From: an uncultured Planctomycetaceae bacterium
GTDB taxonomy: Bacteria; Planctomycetota; Planctomycetia; Isosphaerales; Isosphaeraceae
Direction of reading: 5' to 3'
DNA length: 64,000 nucleotides
Assembly: GCA_963833985.1 (NCBI GenBank)
Contig: CAWIAD010000002.1
Coordinates: 2,880,001 to 2,944,000 of the forward strand
In this document: piece by piece, positions 62,600 to 64,000 of the stretch
Position numbering within the stretch: the stretch's first letter is position 1
How the letters are laid out: the number at the start of each line of letters is the position of its first letter
The notes under the pieces: generated by a model
What the model saw: the letters and a program-made list of their open reading frames with translations, nothing else
What the model was told of the DNA's origin: nothing
Database searches by the model: none
Translations under genes and position numbers: made by a program

Positions 62600-62957
62600 G
62601 CCAGTTCACCTCCACGTCCCTGAGGATGGCGAACCGAGGTCACAAGTGGGCCTCGACCGCAATACGAGCCCGGCAACGAGCCGATGGTACCGGCCCGCGC
62701 CACTTCCTACAGCCGTTGCAACCGCAGTGTCCGTGTCGCCGATCGGGGTATCGCTGGTCCACTCATCGGCCGGGCTGACTTCACGACTTCAATTCTTGTC
62801 CACTTCCGCGGACCAGCCGGGTCTCGTGACGCCTGCTGCGATCGAGCCACTACCCGTCCGGTTCGAGCCCAGCGTCTCCGCCTTCCATGATGGTTGATCT
62901 GACCGCGCAGTCCGCGGCGTCCGGCACAGGAAACATCACGTGAGCGGCAAAGCTGGC

Positions 62958-63425
62958 TCAATCCACGAATCCCAGCCAGCCCAGAAACCCGCCCCGGCGT
63001 GGCTTGGGCAAGACATGGGCCTCGCTGCGCAGTTGCTCGGCACGGTCGCGCAGCTCGCCGGTCCGAGGCGTGGCGGCCGGGGCGAGCTGGTACTTGAACT
63101 CGCGTTCGTCCCGGAGGTGGAATGGAACCATGTTCTCGGTGAAGAATTCCGTGAACAGGTTGTCCCACCACGGCGCCTTGATGGGCTCGATGATCGTCCT
63201 GGTCTCGTAGCCATCGAGAATGAAAGTGATCTCCCGGTCCCCGTAGTAATAGAAGGAACGGGAAACCGGGGTCTGGCCCACTTCTTCACCGTTGACGATC
63301 GCCAGCGCACCCGGCGGTTCGGTACGCAGGGTGTAGCGGCGTTCCACGCACCCCGTGCAAACGAGCGCACCGGTCAAGGCCAGGCACGCCGCCAGGCGAC
63401 GATCGATCACGAGCGACTTGACCAT
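62958..63425 (-). CDS. PEGA domain lipoprotein
   Basis: Lipobox-like CTGC; TEPPGALAIVNGEEVGQTPV; DGYET. Confidence 0.88.
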   Translation of the reverse strand: MVKSLVIDRRLAACLALTGALVCTGCVERRYTLRTEPPGALAIVNGEEVGQTPVSRSFYYYGDREITFILDGYETRTIIEPIKAPWWDNLFTEFFTENMVPFHLRDEREFKYQLAPAATPRTGELRDRAEQLRSEAHVLPKPRRGGFLGWLGFVD

Positions 63426-63613
63426 CCTTGGCTCTCCTGGCCCGCTGAGAGGTCGGCCCGGTCAGCGAGTGGGCGAATTGTAACGACGAGTGCCAGAGCC
63501 GGCAAGTCGGCTTGGCGCACGCCGGGACCGGCTGCCATCATGAGTTCCACCTCAAACTACCGAGGTACGTAAGGGCTTGATCCATCCTTTCCGCTTCCTG
63601 CCGATATCCTGCC

Positions 63614-64000
63614 ATGATCATCCACTTGCAGCGCCAGTCCTGGGCAGAAAGCCAGTCGTCCTGGCTTGTCATGTTTCTCATGGAAGATGCCGGCGCGCCA
63701 CCCGCCGAGGTCAGGGGCACACCGCTGGGAGAGCAGCTCGACCGGCTGCTCGCTCAGAAGGACCTGACCGGCTCGACGTGCGAGCTGACGGCCGTCCATG
63801 CCCCGTCTGGCTACCCGGCCGGCTCCGTCATGGTGGTGGGGCTCGGCCATTCTGGCAAGTTCAACGCGGCCGTGGCCTACTCGGCCGGCTTCGCATTGGC
63901 CAAGCGACTGGCCGGCAAGCCCCGCGAGAGCGTGTCGCTGGCCATTCCCGAGATCAGCGTCCGCCCCAATTCCGAGTGGGTCCCTGCACTGGTGGCGGGC
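63614..64000 (+). CDS. pepA: Leucyl aminopeptidase (M17) N-terminal domain, partial
   Basis: Frame open to the window end: LDRLLAQKDLTG..ELT...VMVVGLG...AGFALAKRL; the catalytic domain lies outside the window. Confidence 0.65.
   Translation, partial: MIIHLQRQSWAESQSSWLVMFLMEDAGAPPAEVRGTPLGEQLDRLLAQKDLTGSTCELTAVHAPSGYPAGSVMVVGLGHSGKFNAAVAYSAGFALAKRLAGKPRESVSLAIPEISVRPNSEWVPALVAG

Noticed and set aside
1..64000. rRNA, tRNA, prophage, restriction-modification or cas genes
   Set aside because: No recognisable signatures by eye; tRNAscan-SE/Infernal would be needed to exclude small RNAs.

Overview
GC-rich bacterial chromosomal segment. The gene content (DUF1559 prepilin-like protein, ECF sigma-Ser/Thr kinase pair, PEP-CTERM protein, sulfatase/GH cluster) points to a planctomycete, probably Isosphaeraceae-like (inference). 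Housekeeping genes: pyk, priA, nadD, trpS, asnB, partial pepA. Accessory content: a glycan-degradation cluster (9.4-19.3 kb), two contrasting ECF sigma modules, a Czc-type RND efflux set with an NhaP-type antiporter, an Rpn-like remnant, two related MITE-like elements, and a complete ISKra4-like IS (19-bp TIRs, 9-bp TSD) inside a 360-bp-period array of REP-like hairpins with compensatory base changes. The best candidate for an undescribed system is a three-gene membrane operon at 1753-7475 (-). It encodes a TRAFAC-type GTPase with a TM helix, helical repeats and a C2-like domain, plus two membrane-anchored helical proteins, one with a pre-toxin-TG-like segment. About ten frameshifts, some in housekeeping genes, look like sequencing/assembly indels. 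No rRNA, tRNA or CRISPR array was recognised. All family calls come from motif recognition by eye, not from database searches.
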